Source of the DNA: Planctomycetota bacterium
Lineage (GTDB): Bacteria > Planctomycetota > MHYJ01 > WSZJ01
Length of the DNA stretch: 64,000 nucleotides
NCBI GenBank assembly: GCA_038060895.1
Contig: JBBTCT010000015.1
Location: forward strand, 64,001-128,000
Reading direction: 5' to 3'
Within the stretch, counting starts at the first letter, position 1; each line of letters opens with the position of its first letter. The translations under genes and the position numbers were made by a program. Positions 63,601-64,000 of this stretch are shown here, in pieces. The notes below the pieces were generated by a model, which was not told where the DNA came from, did not search any database, and saw only the letters and a program-made list of their open reading frames with translations.

Positions 63601-63999
63601 GATCGGTGTGATTTCGAGCGGGCCGGGGTCGAACCCGGAGACGTCCATGTCGTAGAGAATTCGCAGGGTCGGGCCCCACGCCGTCCCGCTGACGCGCCGG
63701 GGGATCCGCTGCCCGCCGGGATTGAGCCGCAGCGCGTGAGTCGCGCCCGGCCCGCCTGCTTCGGCATCGACTTCAACGCCGACCGCGAGCTTTCCCCACG
63801 CGATGGCGCCGTCGGCAGGGCCGACGACCTCGGGACGGGCGGCGGAAGGGACGCGCGCTTCGACGACCTTGACGGTGATCGAAGCGTCGCCGATGCGAAG
63901 AGGCGTTTCGCCGGCCTTCAGGCCTCGCACACGCAGGTACCCCATCGTGCGGCCCTTCAGCACGGCCGGCGCCGCGACCACTTCGAGCAGGGAAGGGTC
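60604..63999 (-). CDS. DUF1800 family protein with long N-terminal carbohydrate-binding/Ig-like extension (5'-truncated)
   Basis: HLLNRFAWG, WTDNHFS, MMQYLD, NENYAREICELHTVG, YEQKDV, HPSTATFV and PTPDGF; the frame is open to the window edge. Confidence 0.9.
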   Translation of the reverse strand, partial: DPSLLEVVAAPAVLKGRTMGYLRVRGLKAGETPLRIGDASITVKVVEARVPSAARPEVVGPADGAIAWGKLAVGVEVDAEAGGPGATHALRLNPGGQRIPRRVSGTAWGPTLRILYDMDVSGFDPGPLEITPILHQSDGTETEGETIVVTVLKPPDGEAIEMEAEDQRESKRPDRFNKDPLYIAPDTTASGEEYVNLYGAEPVPCFHVTVESAGWYQIALLAKGSFAGGAFPTVGLIIDGKDPPATNVRLIDENWHRVLMGVPVRLDKGERVLTPYFLNDFFAAGVPADRNLFLDRLDIVRVDRPKGGAGEGSDPGGPMVQPAGMAPGRDAWGSLRVAFADNIDGKQIPGTVEINGVTWWRRMEKSAGPKVELLVNGAGVSSQHSATPKWWLDPAHLKEGENTLQIVAMLDDGTTVRTPVQRVTWRPPWKDAAARKPMAFLRFPVRDRAWDNETRKALTTEGDCPEKLNARFASNGTATLTLPERMSGPFLLWIEAKGDHYDGAPKVDVVLHAGGKDIKVNSIDVGGWWNPHLTGLLALPDGKKTLSISFINDKYDEGKGDRNFMLQGLILVGAPPAADGRGPRVKIAWPPEGAEVWMQDAVVAMPVDDFGVAWVDTEIDGKRTGIRGEMLGKFGRVTMPLLARGLAPGEHKLVVIANDTSGHEGRSKERTFVVPEKAPETITRYERAVHLLNRFAWGPDAEELASVLTMGEEAYLADRLSRGPDDPGDASALAAAGIVFDGRNDAYDVMGRDAYHAVATPNPVRTRFVRWTDNHFSTWIRKTGGRAEWQERRVFTRLGAAPFRDLLFASATSPCMMQYLDQQFSFARNLNENYAREICELHTVGVHGGYEQKDVTALANILTGWMYSNEGDGKKAGYADDWKWRFDPALCDARPQRFIGMVFPKASPAERFDRARMAVELLAGHPSTATFVCSKLVAHYICWPPPEEVTADLAKVYLETDGDMKEVLLALAKHPAFFREGLKERIAPPFDHAARLSRCVNFRLPWQVIDLCARSGAGVYDRPTPDGFQEEDTAWTSTNATLQRWKFARENEWILSTTVPNPFRWNAETKTTEEQKQWLIDVVAVKLTGKVLSEESNEAAMSVMKACKGNRDELAKEAASFVGQLPEVGLK

Positions 64000-64000
64000 G

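Overview
This is a GC-rich, gene-dense bacterial chromosome segment, most consistent with Planctomycetota/PVC. Supporting signs are the ribH-nusB-ftsY order, four Hanks-type Ser/Thr kinases, ECF sigma factors (one with a large C-terminal extension) and a DUF1800/DUF1501 pair. Housekeeping genes are an EF-G paralogue, a PcrA/UvrD helicase, ribH, nusB, ftsY, rsgA, hrpB, pyk and eno, mixed with many signalling and secreted proteins. I recognised no rRNA, tRNA, CRISPR array or transposase. Most notable observations: (1) a tandem class III cyclase-STAND NTPase apparently split inside its winged helix into two separately initiated genes in permuted order, with a cNMP-binding kinase between them; (2) an unannotated secreted thioredoxin-like selenoprotein candidate with an in-frame UGA and a SECIS-like hairpin; (3) an AAA_14/DUF4143 ATPase gene bracketed by two 30-bp palindromic direct repeats; (4) a set of 6-7-mer tandem-repeat palindromes, plus one heptamer array inside a CDS; (5) a recurrent -10 box 6-9 nt before start codons, suggesting leaderless mRNAs. 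All family calls come from reading motifs by eye, not from database searches.
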